Positions 26,251-40,735 of a stretch of 64,000 nt of DNA are shown piece by piece. Origin of the DNA: Rotaria socialis (Eukaryota); contig CAJNYD010000039.1 in assembly GCA_905331295.1 (NCBI GenBank), forward strand, positions 248,001-312,000. Reading direction: 5' to 3'. A program made the position numbers and the translations under genes. Every line of letters starts with the position of its first letter. Position 1 is the stretch's first letter. The notes under the pieces were generated by a model, which made no database searches, was not told the origin of the DNA, and saw nothing but the letters and a program-made list of their open reading frames with translations.

Positions 26251-27842
26251 GAACATTGTAACAGTAAATTTTAGACACACTTACCTTGTATAACGGACTT
26301 GAGCAATTAAATCGGATAGTACAACTCGCTTCTCTATGTCAAATTGTCTGTATAATTGAAGCCGTAAGCTACAAAATAATTTGATTCGATTAACCAAGTT
26401 TAGTCAAGCATTTACGATAGGATAGTAGCATATAGTGAAAATAATCGCGAATGAGCGAAGTCAACTTCTAAAAATAAACAGTGTTCACTGTTATTTTAGT
26501 ATAGTAAAATCGATCGATGAATTAATTATAAATGTTCCCAATCTTAACCTATTGCATGTTTTCTAAACTTCTCGTTCATGTTATTTAATAATAAACAAAA
26601 CATTTTCAAGGGCTAAAAGTTCTTTTTTAGCTTAGAGTATGATTAAAATCGATGTCAGCAAAATAAGCATAATGTCAAAACTATCTATTGGCTTTGTCTA
26701 TCGTATAATAATTACTGTCTCTCCTTGAAGATTGATTTGACACATATTGTCGACAATTCTTCTTTACATTATACTCAAATAGTTTATATAATATTTTGAA
26801 AAATGCGACACATTGATAGACGATATAATAATTGTTTACATACATTTTGATTGTCGAAAAAAAAACACGGCATACACCGACTTTTAAAATTATTCACCGA
26901 AAAATTGACTTTTAATGTTTACTTATCAATGTCTGTAATAGAGCTCTACGCCGTAGCTTCTGCTATTCATTGAAATAGAGACTACAAGTATCTTGTTGAT
27001 AACTGGAAATAATCATTTTCTAACGACCAACGAATGCTGTATAATAAACAACGAAGCCATGATAGGATATATTCTTTGATTGCAAACAAATAAAATTTAT
27101 TTTCACAGCATTCTTTTCTATTTTTGTTCTAAAAATTTTTAAACATAAAAGGAAAATCAAGATTATTAACATCAACTATCGTTGACATGCTAATTATCGA
27201 TTATATTTGCTATTTTAAAAATTTCACTTAATCAGTAGAGAATATTTGTATTTCTCTGCTTGTATAAATACTCTTCTGAGATTTTTATTTCCTTCAAAAT
27301 GTTACAGAAGAATTAGAGAATATTTCTCTTAATAAAACTAATCAACACCTTGAAATGTATCTTGAAAGCAAAGTAAATAGCCTAAGATGATATTCTCAAG
27401 AGATCTCGATAACAAATAGATGTTATGTGATCTAATGAAAAACAATATGATGAATTTTTTTTTTCATTCGGGCATTTTTTGCCCATGAGTAAACGCTTTT
27501 CTGGTATAAAATTTTCGAAAACACTTTTTCTCTCATGACGTGCACTTAAGGAAAAAAAACAGAAAAATTAATAGAATTTTTTCTTGCAGCCAAAAGATCT
27601 AAATAAAAAAACAGCTGTTTGCTCAATAGTTGTCGTTTGATTTCTTCTTCGTTTTTTTACATCTTTATAAATATTTCATGCCTCAGGGCGGCGTGCGACA
27701 ACATCAACAAGCAAAAACTACTAGGGAGAGAATAAAAGAAAAATTTTTGATTGCTGTTGTTGTTGTCGTCATCGTCATTTTCACTCCTAAAATTTTACAG
27801 TCAGAAGTGACTTGACACAAAAAACACCAACAAACTACAATC

Positions 27843-28286
27843 ATGAGTATGGAAGCACAGTTCTACGAAGCATTACGTCGGCAACGCGTTATTGATCGAC
27901 GACAATCAGTTGGAGTTTCGAGACAAGTTCAACAGCCTAAATATCAACCACGATATATTCCAGTTGGCTCACTTCGACAAGACGATATGCACGTGCCATG
28001 GACATTTAACCCTTTGCGTCGTACTAAACTATCTAACAGTGATCAAAGTGTATTTAAAACCGAGCAAAACAATCATCCGTAAGTGAATCAAATACAAAAA
28101 TAAAAATAGTTGATTTCTTTTTTAATTCGAAATTATTTATCAAATAGACACCGAGTGCCATCAAGCCAACGATATATTATGCATGGAAAACTTCATAATC
28201 GATTTTCGGTAAATTTGTTCTATCTTACACATGATTCGATTGTACGTTTTTCTATTTAGTCGATGAACTACATTCAACAATGGTAA
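27843..28286 (+). CDS. Small orphan protein (107 aa, 3 exons: 27843-28078, 28148-28208, 28260-28286)
   Basis: ATG in ACAATCATG context. Two short GT-AG introns are phase-consistent, giving MSMEAQFYEALRRQR...PHRVPSSQRYIMHGKLHNRFSSMNYIQQW*. AATAAA follows downstream. Confidence 0.7.
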
Positions 28287-29846
28287 ACTACACGATGGAC
28301 GAATAAACCAAACAAAAAAGGATTTTCTTTGTTGTGTGTGAACTTTCGAAATCTGTGTGAAAATATTTTTGGCGATTAATAAAAATAAAAGCCAATTAAA
28401 ATTTGAATATCTATCTGTTCGCTATTTGAAGCATCATACAATAAAGAATTCGAGGTATTTAATCACACGTTTGGCGTAGATTAACATTGGAATAGTTTCA
28501 AGGAGAAAAAGTATTTTTTAAATAGTTAATATTATTGTTAATCAACTTTTCTAAGGCTTTTGTAAGCATTGAATAAACAATCTTTCAGCAATAAATTTAT
28601 CGCGAAATTATTTTTATTAATAAAAAGAAAAGAAATGCTGATGAATCCATTTATTTTCTATTATTGTTAAATAGAACATATAATTCTTCAATAGCACAGC
28701 TATGTGAACTAAAATCAAAGAATCTCAGTTAAAATTTCATCTTTAGAGATGCCATGAATGTATACATGAGAAGACAGCCACTCGCAATACTCTAGGAATT
28801 CAATTCCTTGTTTTGTTTTGCTTGTGACTGTAATAATAATAAAATATACAAGATATTAGAAGAAATACAATTAATATTCTTGTTTGAGAAAAGGTAATAA
28901 AAGCAAAATCTATCAATACAATTCACTTTTCATAGTCCTGTTTTATTGTTATTGTTTTTCTCTTTAGTAATAATTACAATTTAACATATTGCTAACATAT
29001 ATCGATGTTTTCTCTAGTCTCTGACAAGAAAGTATTTTACAAATTAATTTTTTCAGCTAACAAATTATTCACGATAATCAACCTTATTTATTTTTTCTCT
29101 TTCAAGAAGCGTTATGATACGACCGTGTGAAACAAATACTTACCTGCTTATTGATACTATATCAAAGTAGCTCATCGATGTTTTCCCAAACTATTTACTT
29201 TGTTCCTAGCAGCACTACAGCCATCTACGAGTTACACACGTTAACCCTTTGGTCATGAAAATAATTATTTTTACTTTTTTCTTGATATACTTTTCAATCA
29301 TAATAAACATATTACACTACCATATGATTAATTGATCGAGAGAAAAAAACAAACACGTTATTCCATCAAAGTAATTCTTATCCATGGCATTGTCGTGTAG
29401 GTCGTTAACCATATTGTTTCAACATAAACACACGTCTTTCCTATTAATTGAATAGCTATTTCTAACCATAAAAGATGCCTATCGTATCATAACATTAGTG
29501 TCATTTGGTTCTATTTCTCCTCCTGTCATCAATCAACAGCTTACGTATCTAAATGTTAACTAGACATATTCTAGAATATTTCTATACTATCGAAGATAAG
29601 AATAGGTAGAGAGAAAAAAAGCCAAAAGATATATTTTTCTGCTCTTTATATTTTCAATAATTTTGTTTTTATTATAAAAATAAAAAAAAAACCAAACAGT
29701 CAAACACATACATGGCTACCTATGTGAACAAGTCAATAAAGAAATGAAAAAACGAATTCCATGCCGACACAAAAACAAATGCACATCACCTTCTTTGTCC
29801 TCGCTTGTTTTTAAACAACAATGGAATGAATACAACATTTATATAA

Positions 29847-32676
29847 TTACACATGTGCTAATGGGCCTTGTTTCGATGATGGAAGCGAATATTTACTTCC
29901 ATTTATTTTCGTATGCTTATAGGAATAATTTATACCGGAAGCGTCGCGGCCATTGTGACTACTATCATAACGTTGGCGATTCTGAGCACGACGATAGTTC
30001 TGACGAATATTTTTATCAATAGGCTCACAACAAAAAAAACTTTTCCATGTTCGTAGTGTTTTATTATTAAAATTAATCCATAAGCCAGTTGTTATGCCAA
30101 CAATTAATAAGAAAAAATATTTTGCCATATAAATCATAAAATTTGGTTGCATAGACCAAGGTGAATATAATCCTACTGAGAGACGAGGACATTTATTACA
30201 ATGTAAATTATCTTCCCATATTGAACGATAACGTAATTCATAAAAATAAATTCCAATTACCTTTAAATATTAAACAAGAAAAAAAGAGAAAAAATATTTA
30301 AATAAATCTCTTTTTTTCTCTATGAACTTACAAAAGTTGCTGGTACAGTATAAAGTATTGCAAAAAGTCCAATTTTAACCATTAATTGTTCTAATTTACT
30401 TGTTTTACTTCGATCTTGAACTTTAATTACATTTCTAATACGCATTAAACTTATTAAGCCAGCTAGTAGAAATATTGTACCAACAGTTAAAAATGTTACT
30501 AATGGAAACAAGACAAATCCTCGTAACATTGATGAATCTGTGTGTCCAACATAACATATTCCACCAATAGGATCGCCATCAATACCTTTGCGCATTAATA
30601 TAACAACAGTTTGTAAAGACGGTAATAGCCATGCAATAAGATGATAATATATTGAATAATAAGATATAGCTTCTGACGACCATTTAAAGCCAGCAGCAAG
30701 AAACCATGTTAAAGTTAATATAACCCACCAAATAGACGATGCCATACCAAAGAAATAAGTTAATACAAAAACAAAAGTGCAACTTGATGGACCAGATACT
30801 CGAACAAGTTGAGTGTAAGTCAATGAATCGATCTATAGAAAATTAATATTTGCAAGAAAAAATTAATCAATTCGGAATTCAAAATAGAGATGTGTATGTA
30901 GTAGTTAGATAGCACTCCAGAATGAATCTAGTAGAGTCTTTAGAATTAGTCTCGAAATCAATTATTCTACAATAAATAGTTAATCATGATTTGATTATTA
31001 TTATAGTATAGAGAATCGACAAAAAAAAGACTCAGCTTTTTGCTTTAGAAAATTCAGTGTACGTGATAATATAGCATTGGCTGACTATGAACTATAAGAA
31101 GAAAATAACTCAATCTAATTAAATCTAAGTGCATTTTTTTCTGATTGACTCTAACAATGTTGCAAAAAATGACTGTTTTAATATTCCCTAGTATCTTTAT
31201 CCCAGAGTAATTTTCAGCCGATGGGAAATTGTTACATCACATCGTTCAATGGATTAGGATATTTTTCTTCGATTTATGTAACAAACGACGAGTTGAGCAC
31301 ATGCTTAATTATAAAAACAGTTTGAACTGGACAAGCTCTAATCTCTAATTATTCATTCTAACGCATTTTTCTACTTAAAACAAAATAAAATCCTTCTTAC
31401 CTTGTTAGTTAACTGACATGCAACATTTTCATGTCCGAGTATTAAACGTATTAAATATCCACATGATACAAAAAAGTAGCATAACGATAAAAATATAATT
31501 GGTCTTTGAGGGTATTTAAATCTTGTCATGTCAAGATAAAATGTCAATAAAACAATTGTGCATGATAGAGCACAAAGTATACTAAGTACGGCTAGCCATA
31601 TATTTATAATTGATATCGATTGTTTATCAGAGAAATACACTGAACGACATGGTGGAAGACATTTTGATAATGTTGAATCCTCATAGTCTTCAATAAGATG
31701 ATAACCTATTGATGTATTACATTTACAACATTTTTTCTGTGATCTCGGTAGAGTTTTCGATAAGGATCGATTTTCGTTCTTTTTCGGATCCATACAAATA
31801 GCTTTTTCTTCACTTGATGGATATTGTTCACATTTTAATGCATCCGGCCATATAAAACCATAACGTGAATAAAATGGTTCGCATGGTGTACGAACACGTT
31901 CACAAACCTAATGAGAGAAAAACAGAGGCCAAGGTTTTTTCTTTAATGTCAGTTCATTTCAATCAATATTTACTTCTCGGCATGGTGGAATTGGATCAGA
32001 ATAATTTGCAAGACATAATGGCATATATATTGAACAAAGTAGAAAACTAAGTTCTGCTGAACATCCAACAGCAATTAAAGCTGTAAATTGATTAATCTTA
32101 ATGATAGAAAAATAAATATTACAATAAATCAACATTTGAAATAAAATAATCAACAAATAACTGTAAACTTTTATTGACGTGATTATTCACAATTTTAATG
32201 ATATCATAATATACACTGTTGATGTATAAGGTCAAGCAAATGTCAGTAGAATAAAGGCAAGAAATTAGTTCGCATTTAAGATTAAAATGCTTTTTTTCTT
32301 CCCTTTTCACCTGTCTATTAAGATTGATTGGCGTGTATAAGTCATTCGTTTATGCGCGTACGACGATCGAAAATCATATGAGCAAATTATTGAATTTCAC
32401 CTTGCCGTGAATAAATATAAATTATCGAACTACTTAACCATAACTTTTTATTACCGTTAAAAACATCTGAAATGCTACTACTACTACTTCTATTCTACTT
32501 ACTACTAGTGCCACATCTTTTTGGTCTTGATGATTGAATTTATTCGGTAAATAAGTTTGATTATAACCGATGCTTTTACATTCATAATAAGTTATCTGTT
32601 GGCATTGTCGTTGTTGGCTTGTTATTGATTTAACAGTCGTTAATAAAAGAAGCAATAATTGAATAAATTGATACAT
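29847..32676 (-). CDS. FZD5/8: Frizzled 5/8 receptor (572 aa, 5 exons: 32676-32503, 32096-31974, 31907-31401, 30832-30332, 30260-29847)
   Basis: Signal peptide; CRD (CKSIGYNQTYLPNKFNH...FLLCSIYMPLC...PPCREVCERVR...WPDALKC); RFKYPQRPIIFLS; FFGMASSIWWVILTLTWFLAAG; KTLRTW (KTxxxW); C-terminal PLAHV like Fz5/8. All introns are phase 0 GT-AG. Confidence 0.93.
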
Positions 32677-35600
32677 AGTGATTACTTTCTATATTTAACT
32701 GAAGGTTATATAAGAAATAATAATCTAAATGAGAAAGAAAGAGAGAGCGATGAAAAATTCTCCTTCTTGCAACAGCTGAATATTCATATGTGTGTCTAAT
32801 TTGACATATCGGAAAAGAAGAATGGGCAGAAGAAGAAGAAGAAGAAGAAAAAGGAAATATATGCACATCACATAAAATGAGCATGGGAACGGAAATCACT
32901 AAGATACATTTTTTAAATATAAAGTATGTTCAAATTAAATACATACTGAAAAAAAGAAGGAACAAACTAAAAGCTATTTCGAGTGTACTCTCGAAATTTC
33001 ATAAAGCCAATGAACATATTTTCTCTACTGTATAACCAAAAAGCAGGACAAGGTCGTTCTTACTTCGTATTTCTATACTATTCTATACGTCGAAACTTGA
33101 TTATTTAGTAAATAGCTCTTAAGAGAGAATCTCAATAATATGCAGAATAAATTCATCACTGTCTATTATACTTCTATCTACATGAATAATTATCTTTTTG
33201 TATCTCATCATCTTAAGATCAACGACAACTACGATGATGATGATAATAATGATCATGATGGCGACGACTGCATTAGACGTACATGCACGAGCGCATCTAC
33301 TAAAAATGGCATCGGATACTGTGTTGGCATCACGTACATCGATGATAAACAAGAGAAAAATCAAACAAGGAAAAAGATATAGAAAAGCAAAAGAGTGATA
33401 AAAACACGAGCAAGGCACATAAATAAAAAGAACACATACGTATATACATATATCTTGTAGGGTTTATTAAATTCACAAGGATATTGCTCTATTGACACGA
33501 TTAGCGCAGAAAAACCATTGAAATCATATGTTATGACTGAGAAATGTGCCAATGCTAATTAGATGCTTGGTTAGACTTTGTCTGGTAGGTCGTTATTATC
33601 ACAAAATGTAGAAACAAACAAAGAAACTCAACATGTCGGAACAGAAAAATGGCGAAGAAAGGAGAGAGAGAGAGAGAGAGAAGCAAGAAGACTGACTTCT
33701 AACACAGCAGTCAGATTTAGTTATTCATCTGTTAAAAACAGCGGTAACCGAGAATAAAATAAAGATAGAAATTATGTAACACAATAGTGTATAGTGATGA
33801 TGACGTGCGTGCGCACTTTTTGTATAGGAATAGGAAGAGGTCAGAAGACGTGCGATTGTGCACGCGCGCACAAAAAAAAAGAAAAAGAAAAAAGAAACAA
33901 AAAAAAAAGAACGTGAACAGTAACGTTCATGCACCCGTGAAGCCTTGTACAATACATATGCCACGGTGAATAGAAAATAGAACGTGTTAGCAAGAAATTA
34001 ATTTTTCCTTCTTTTGTAAAAAAAAGTCGGATGAAACAAAAAAGGCTGATTAGAAGATCCTTTTATTCATGTATGAAATTCTATCTTGTCCACAATGATA
34101 CATGAAACACTAAATACACTTTATATGCATTTACTTACAACGTTGTCCTTTAGAAATAAATGAGTATCATATTCAAAGAAGAAGAGAAACAAAACTCGAT
34201 TATATGTAACATTCATGCTTTTTAAAATTAGAAAAAAAAGGCTTTCACAGACTGTGAAATCTGTTACATTTTACCTTGTTCATTGAAGAAAATGAATGAA
34301 TGAATGAATGAATAAATGAATGAGAAGATCGTGTAAACGACGTATATACATATGCGTGAACATTACATTACAATATCGATCAATCTACCTGGATGTATCA
34401 CATATATACTCATTATATTATTGATCAAAGCTCTTTTTTTTCGCGCTCTCTCAATAACTTGTCCGCCCAGCTCATCTCATCTGTACTGTATATATGTATC
34501 TATATATTATCTACATAGATACATACATTGGTTGGACTCATCATTTACCTTACCAATTAGGCGTGAAACAGGTAACAAAAAAGAAAACCGGAGAGAAAGA
34601 AAGAAAAGCTTGATTGTGGTCAAGTTTCTTTTCTTCTTACCTTCATTTATGTATTTAAATCGTAGATTGTCATTTAATAGACGTGTAAAGAAAAAGTGAG
34701 AATGAGAAGAGAAAAAACTTGAATGAATCGATGATCTTTACATTCGTTTGTTCGATTGACATAATACGACTGTATATATTTTTCTCTTCGTGTAAATTGA
34801 TCTTCTTCTTACTAGATGAAGTTTACGTGTAAAATTGAAGTGACGATTAAAAGTGATTGAAAAAAAGAATAGGAAGAACATTTGACAACAACAAACGGTT
34901 TAACCATAGAACTGAATTAGAAGTGATGATGGCTAGACACTTAAAGATTGAATAAGATGAAGAAAAGTTGTAGTGCTACTTACTTGAATGACCCCGAGAG
35001 CTACTCATCCTAATGGACAGCCACCTACCATCAATCAACATGTGTACATCTAGTGTTTCCTGTTCTTTCGTGCAGCACGAGATCGAGTCCATTTAATGGA
35101 CAGCTAGTATAGAAGAAGACAAAAAAGAAAAAAATAGTATGTTCTGTCATTCACCTGTGCATATACGCCAACTAAGAGAGACAAAACAAAAAAGAAAAAG
35201 GAGGAGGAAAAAGAACTCAATACGAAGAGGATTATCAAGTTGATGTGGTGTCGTGATCTAAATCTGTCACATGTTGATGTTAAAAGGGACTAACTGATCA
35301 AGTAGAAGTGAATCAAAAGGAAAGAAGAAAACATCGTATTTGTAACAAGCGAATGTTTCTTTTTTCATCTTTTGCGTAATGATAATTGAAAAAAATATTG
35401 TATAATCCTACTTCTTTTCTATTTGTATTAAAGTACTTCAACAGCAAATGATTCACTAACTCCCGCTCTCTCTCGCTGTGCGTAGGACGCTGACAGATTG
35501 TATAGCTAGGCAAAAAAGAAAATGAAAGATAGGAGAGTCACTTGATTGTCAAGTGGACGAATTAGATTTTATAAGAAATAAATTATTTGATTCTTCATCT

Positions 35601-35869
35601 TAACTTAAAAATGAAGCGAAGAAAAAAAATCAATTATTTTCAAATAAAATAAAAGTATCTTCGCGACAAACACGAATTCGTCCGACATCATCACTCCAGC
35701 TGTATATATATATATATATATATGTTCTGAAATAAGACTAATAGAATTTACTTGACGACGAATGTTTAAAAATTCAGTTTTTAATTATTTTTCTTTTGCG
35801 ATTATGGCTTCTTTACTGCTGATAAAATATAACATATTCGTTTGACGTTGAAACAAACAACATTTGATA

Positions 35870-36560
35870 GAATTGACTGATGACATTTGTTGTACCATTC
35901 AAATTTACGTTGACAATAGAAACAAATGAGTCTGCTGATAGAATATGTATTATTTAGCATTTGCTGTTATAAGACTTTTGACATTAAACCCACCTACGAT
36001 TAATACAGTCGTATCCAACTGAGAAACAGCCGCACAATAATATCATCGAGTTCACATCCTATCAGTTGTTGTTATTTGTGTCTTTGTTATTAGATCAAAT
36101 TTGGCGCTATTGCAGCACGAGTAACAAGAACACGGCTGTCAGTCAATACTATTCTGCTGTAGGAGTTTTACAATGGCTATCTTTCATCAGATAGGTTGGA
36201 TTATAATGGAATAAAGTTGTTTGGATATTGTCTATAACTCCTCGAGCAATGAATATGCGTTCTATTGTTTAATAATATTGTTGATTATAATATACATCTT
36301 TAGGCGATATTACTTGAAACAAGAGCTTATGCTCTTGTACTACTATTAAAAGAATTCAGTTACTTTAATAGCACTGACTAAAATATGATTTCTATTTGCA
36401 ATTAATAGCATTGCATGATGTTGACGATTCTGTTGAAGCATTGAACTAGTTTCTAACCATATTGAAATTGATGATGTATATATGTCAGACAATGTCATAT
36501 ATCCAGTTATTGCATTGCAACTATCATTGAGTTTAACAGGAGAAAAATCATTGTAATCAA
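35870..36560 (-). pseudogene. Decayed kelch/galactose-oxidase-like repeat gene
   Basis: Fragments SDIYTSSISIWLETSSMLQQNRQHHAMLLIANRNHILVSA, VLTDSRVLVT and R*YYCAAVSQLDTTVLIVGGFN match the kelch pattern (ELYDP..W....SM...R..H.A.LL.NG.VLVAGG). Several stops and frameshifts. Confidence 0.6.
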
Positions 36561-37728
36561 CTGAAATTCATCTTCGAAATCATTCGTGCAATAAAACGAT
36601 TTATACAAATTTGAACTTTTACACATCTAGAGGACAATTTGATTTGAAGTTGATATGAGAAAATATTTCTTTGTATTACCTTCACGTTGAATACTATAAT
36701 AAAACAATAAAATCAATGTTGTTGTATTTTTTCCCTCAATTTTTGATAGCCATGAATTAAATTACTATTCAAATAAAGATGATCTTCAATGCTTAGTGAT
36801 GTATACGCGATTGAAATTGAATAGGATTATTTCTCACAGTTAATATTTCCCATGAAGAAAGACAAATACAAGAGTCAATAGAAACATAATTGCAATGAGC
36901 GAATATTGACCTTAATAGATTCTTTCGTTCCTAGACGCTTCCATTTTCGGTCGAAGCCTACTCCATTGTTTATTTTCAATGATTGCATTTATATTATAAT
37001 ACATAGACAGACATTTTAATGAATATTATTTTTAATGCTTTTACATCATCGATCTATAATACGAAATAATTACCATTGAAATGCGTAAATAATAAGATAG
37101 TGCATTTACTTAATATAAGGTATAAAAAGGAAACATATAAAGATAAAACCATTAAAATTAAAACATAAACAAAGAGTTTGTTTTTCTATAGATTTATGAT
37201 AAACTTCTATTGTTTGATATAGTAGTAAGATTTTATTTTTCATCGGCTCATTGATTACTCAATAGTTGAATTTAGCTAATGTCTTTACATAACAAAAATG
37301 ATGGCTTGTCAAGTTGAACCCTGACCCGTGTTGAACAAAAAAAATGAATATCTCATTATGATTTGACCATTAGGAGATCAGTGTTATGATTGTTTGATAA
37401 AGTTATAAAACGTGTACGTAGTAAAAATGCAAACAGTCTATAGAAAGTATGTCGCAACATTGGAGTACTTGTTTGAGTCGATGCAAACAGTTGGATTGAA
37501 ACTTAAATTCGGATTCAAAACTCTTTTTTTTTTATCATAGCTGACAAATTTTCATGAGGTTTTAAATACAAGATAAATGAATAAAATGAACTTTGACTTA
37601 ATGTAAATTTAATTCGAATACAAAATTACACTAGTCATCGTGCCTTCGATTTAGTTTAATGTGCTATACCGTACAGAACGAACGAGCAAACATTTTAAAT
37701 AAATTTTAACGGTTATTTTATTTTCTCA

Positions 37729-38746
37729 ATGCATTGTGATAGCTCGTCGAAAGTTTTATCTTCGATGTCGGTAACATTATCCCGACAAGGTCACGATAAT
37801 AATAATCGGATATCTTCATCTCAAACAAAATCTTTAAAATCTCCAATAAATCAATTCTATTGTAACATATGTTTTTGTCCATTGATGATTCATCAAAATA
37901 TGAATCGGGCAAGTTTTGTTACTAGTTGTGGTCATTTCTATTGTGAACAATGCGGACAAACAAGTAGTATTGAATTAGTTTGAAATTAATCTCTTTTAAA
38001 AGCTTCTCTATTCAAGCTTTTCAAGGTCTCATGCCAACATGTAAAATATGTCAATGCTCATCGACAAATTTAACTTGTATGGATTTACGAAAAGTATGAA
38101 TTGAAAATCTCATAGTAGATCAGTCATTTGTATTTTATTTGAATAGAAACAAAATGACGATGTCGATGTGATGATATCATCGAATAGTCGTGCTCGACGG
38201 TGGTTTGAAGAGCAAACAAGGCATCGAACTTCGGAACAAATGATTTCAACATTAGATCAAGTATGTACGAATAAAAAAAGAATGTCTTTTTTTTGTTATG
38301 GAGTCGTTTCCTATTTTAGCGTAATGCATTTCTTAATAAACAAAATGATTTTTGTGCTAAAACAATTCTTCGGCAAGTAAATATTTTTGTTTTTCTTGGC
38401 GAACAACAGAAAAATATTTGTATTTTAATAGGCCGATTCAGTACAATATCAAGTGCCATTCGATAAAATTTCTGTATTTGGAAATAAAATGATACAGTAA
38501 AAAATGATGCAAAGATCATAATTAATTTTGTTTTTTGTTTCAATAGAGAAACGAAACAAGCATCAGAATTCTTATATAAACTACTTAATGGAATTAGTCA
38601 AGCCAACATTCGATTGACAGCACAACAACAATTATTTTGTCAACAAGTTGTTGAACGAGTTAGTTATGGTTTTGTCTTGAATGAATATTAAAGAGGAATT
38701 TATTCTGTGTTATTATTCTTTTTAGTTTAAGACAAATCATAGATGA
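37729..38746 (+). CDS. RING finger protein, RNF212/Zip3/ZHP-3-like (226 aa, 7 exons)
   Basis: Exons: 37729-37963, 38017-38093, 38147-38260, 38320-38376, 38432-38496, 38547-38658, 38726-38746; phase-consistent. RING: FYCNICF...FVTSCGHFYCEQC...PTCKIC, followed by EEQTRHR and a helical region, as in RNF212 (VFCNRCF...LTNCGHVYCDAC...CLIC...EFQEKHR). Confidence 0.65.
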
Positions 38747-40735
38747 AAATGCATTTGGGAAATAATTATGTAGGCTATTTTTTGTCTTGATAGGAATTTT
38801 TATTATGAACAGATATTTATTTTATAAATTATATGTTTGTTGAATATTAATAGGAAGGAAATAAATTAATTGTGATTGATTTGCATAAATTAGTGGATTT
38901 GATGACAGATCTTTTTTACACGAAAAATATGTTTAGTTTTCAACTAAATTTTCATACGCGTTAAAGACTCTTGAATAAAACTTTTGAAAAGAATGGATGT
39001 CAACTGGAAAATATGTACTTTTTAACAAGTGGAATTTTTTGTTCCGGAAAAAACTTTCACATAATGGAATAGCAATATTCTCTGCTCTATTCAATTCTAT
39101 TTTTATCGGTGTTTCAATTAGTTAGTACAAATATAAAATGATACTTTGATAGTTAATTCATTTGATGATTTCATTGAAGCTTGACGATGAAAAGGATAAA
39201 TTCATAGAAAACTTTCAGATTAGTAAAATAAAATGCGATACATAATTTGGGAATTTTCTAGAGGAAAAAATTCATTGTCTCGCAAAATATAAGTAAATCA
39301 AGCTGATATATTTATGATTCATTGTTTCATGATAGATTAATTCTCTTTTAAATCATCCTTCATATATCCTCTAATGGTGTGGAATGGAATGAAAATCATG
39401 ACGTTGAATTGAAAAAGTTTCTAATACACTCCAGTGATCAGCTAATGAGTTTAACCTTTGCATGAATAAAATACCGTAGATAAGATATAACTTTTGCGTG
39501 ATGTACAAAATATAAAGATGGCTTATGTGAATAAGTAGAAATAGCGCCGTNCACAATAAAAGACCCCGGGTCTTCTATTATGTTCCAGCGTAAAAATTTT
39601 CCAGGGAGGTCTTGTATTAAGAATCGCATTTTTTCCTAATATTTAATTTAAAAGATTTTTCAGAAAACTCAGGTGATTTTCAGGGTTTTAAGGGTCTCAT
39701 TAGAATTGTGAATCCATTCTCTTAATATTTCCAGCTTAAGATTCGAAGAATCAGACATATTTTGATGGAAAAACGCTAATGAAAGTTTGTAATTAGCAAA
39801 AAACTAATTAATTAAGGGGGGGGGGTATTTGATTTTTTATATCGTGTCAAGTCAGTCGAATATATTTCCCAATATGATTAGACTACAATAAACTCTTGCA
39901 CACTAAGAGTTCCCGCTCGATTCGTTCAAGTTTGTCTTTCAATGATTCTGGAAATAGAATTAAATTGACTTTCTTAGATTGGATTAAGAAGAAATACAGG
40001 CTTTCTGGCACGTCTTCGATTCGCTTTTATTTTCATAGCAAAATTTCTCCGTGCGTTTGCTTCATTGTAGATAAGACAGTTTTATCTTGTGGTATTTACA
40101 ATAATGAATAAGATTTCGATTATCTGAAGCGTTTGTTGAAGAGATTTCTTGACCTAAAAAATAACGAATCTCAAGAATTTTCATGTTAAGAACACCGAAA
40201 CTGATTGATTAAATGCTGTGAGATTTATCATCAATACCGCTATGTCTTGATTTGAATCAAACAAATCATATCGAATTGATGATCTTATAGAAATACAAAA
40301 AAGAAGATATTTTTATCATTTTCATTTGATCTCTCTGTCTGTCCGGGTTCTTTTTTCTTTAATAATAATAATAGAAGTAGAGAATAGTAGAAGAAAACCA
40401 ACAACATCAGACAACAAGAAGAAAAAAAAATGAACGAACGAAAATGTGTGTACGTGTTTACAGATGATAATAAATGTGAAGTAAAACGACGCGCGATTGG
40501 GTTAGACGACAACAGAGAAAAAAAGGAGAAAACTGCATACACACACTTATACTTTTAAAAAGCTTATATAGAGAGATCGAAGTGCGCGCATTTTGAATGA
40601 TGATGAATAATAGTAATAAAAAAAAAAAAACAGAAAACCTTTACGTTAGGAAGGGACAAAAAAGAAGAAAAAAAAAGAAGATATATATATATACAAATGG
40701 CGCACACGAGAGATACTTTGTAGTTTATGAATGTT

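Noticed and set aside
29241..29260. TTAACCCTTT as a piggyBac left end
   Set aside because: No matching right TIR found nearby.
39470..39630. TACCGTA start and the AAGACCCCGGGTCTT palindrome around the N at 39551, suggesting a pogo-like remnant
   Set aside because: Interrupted by an assembly gap; no TIR pair or TSD could be established.
39880..40155. Coding-looking minus-strand scrap (LKDKLERIERELLVCKSLL) after an acceptor-like site
   Set aside because: Stops occur in the frames I read, with no linkable exons or recognisable family.
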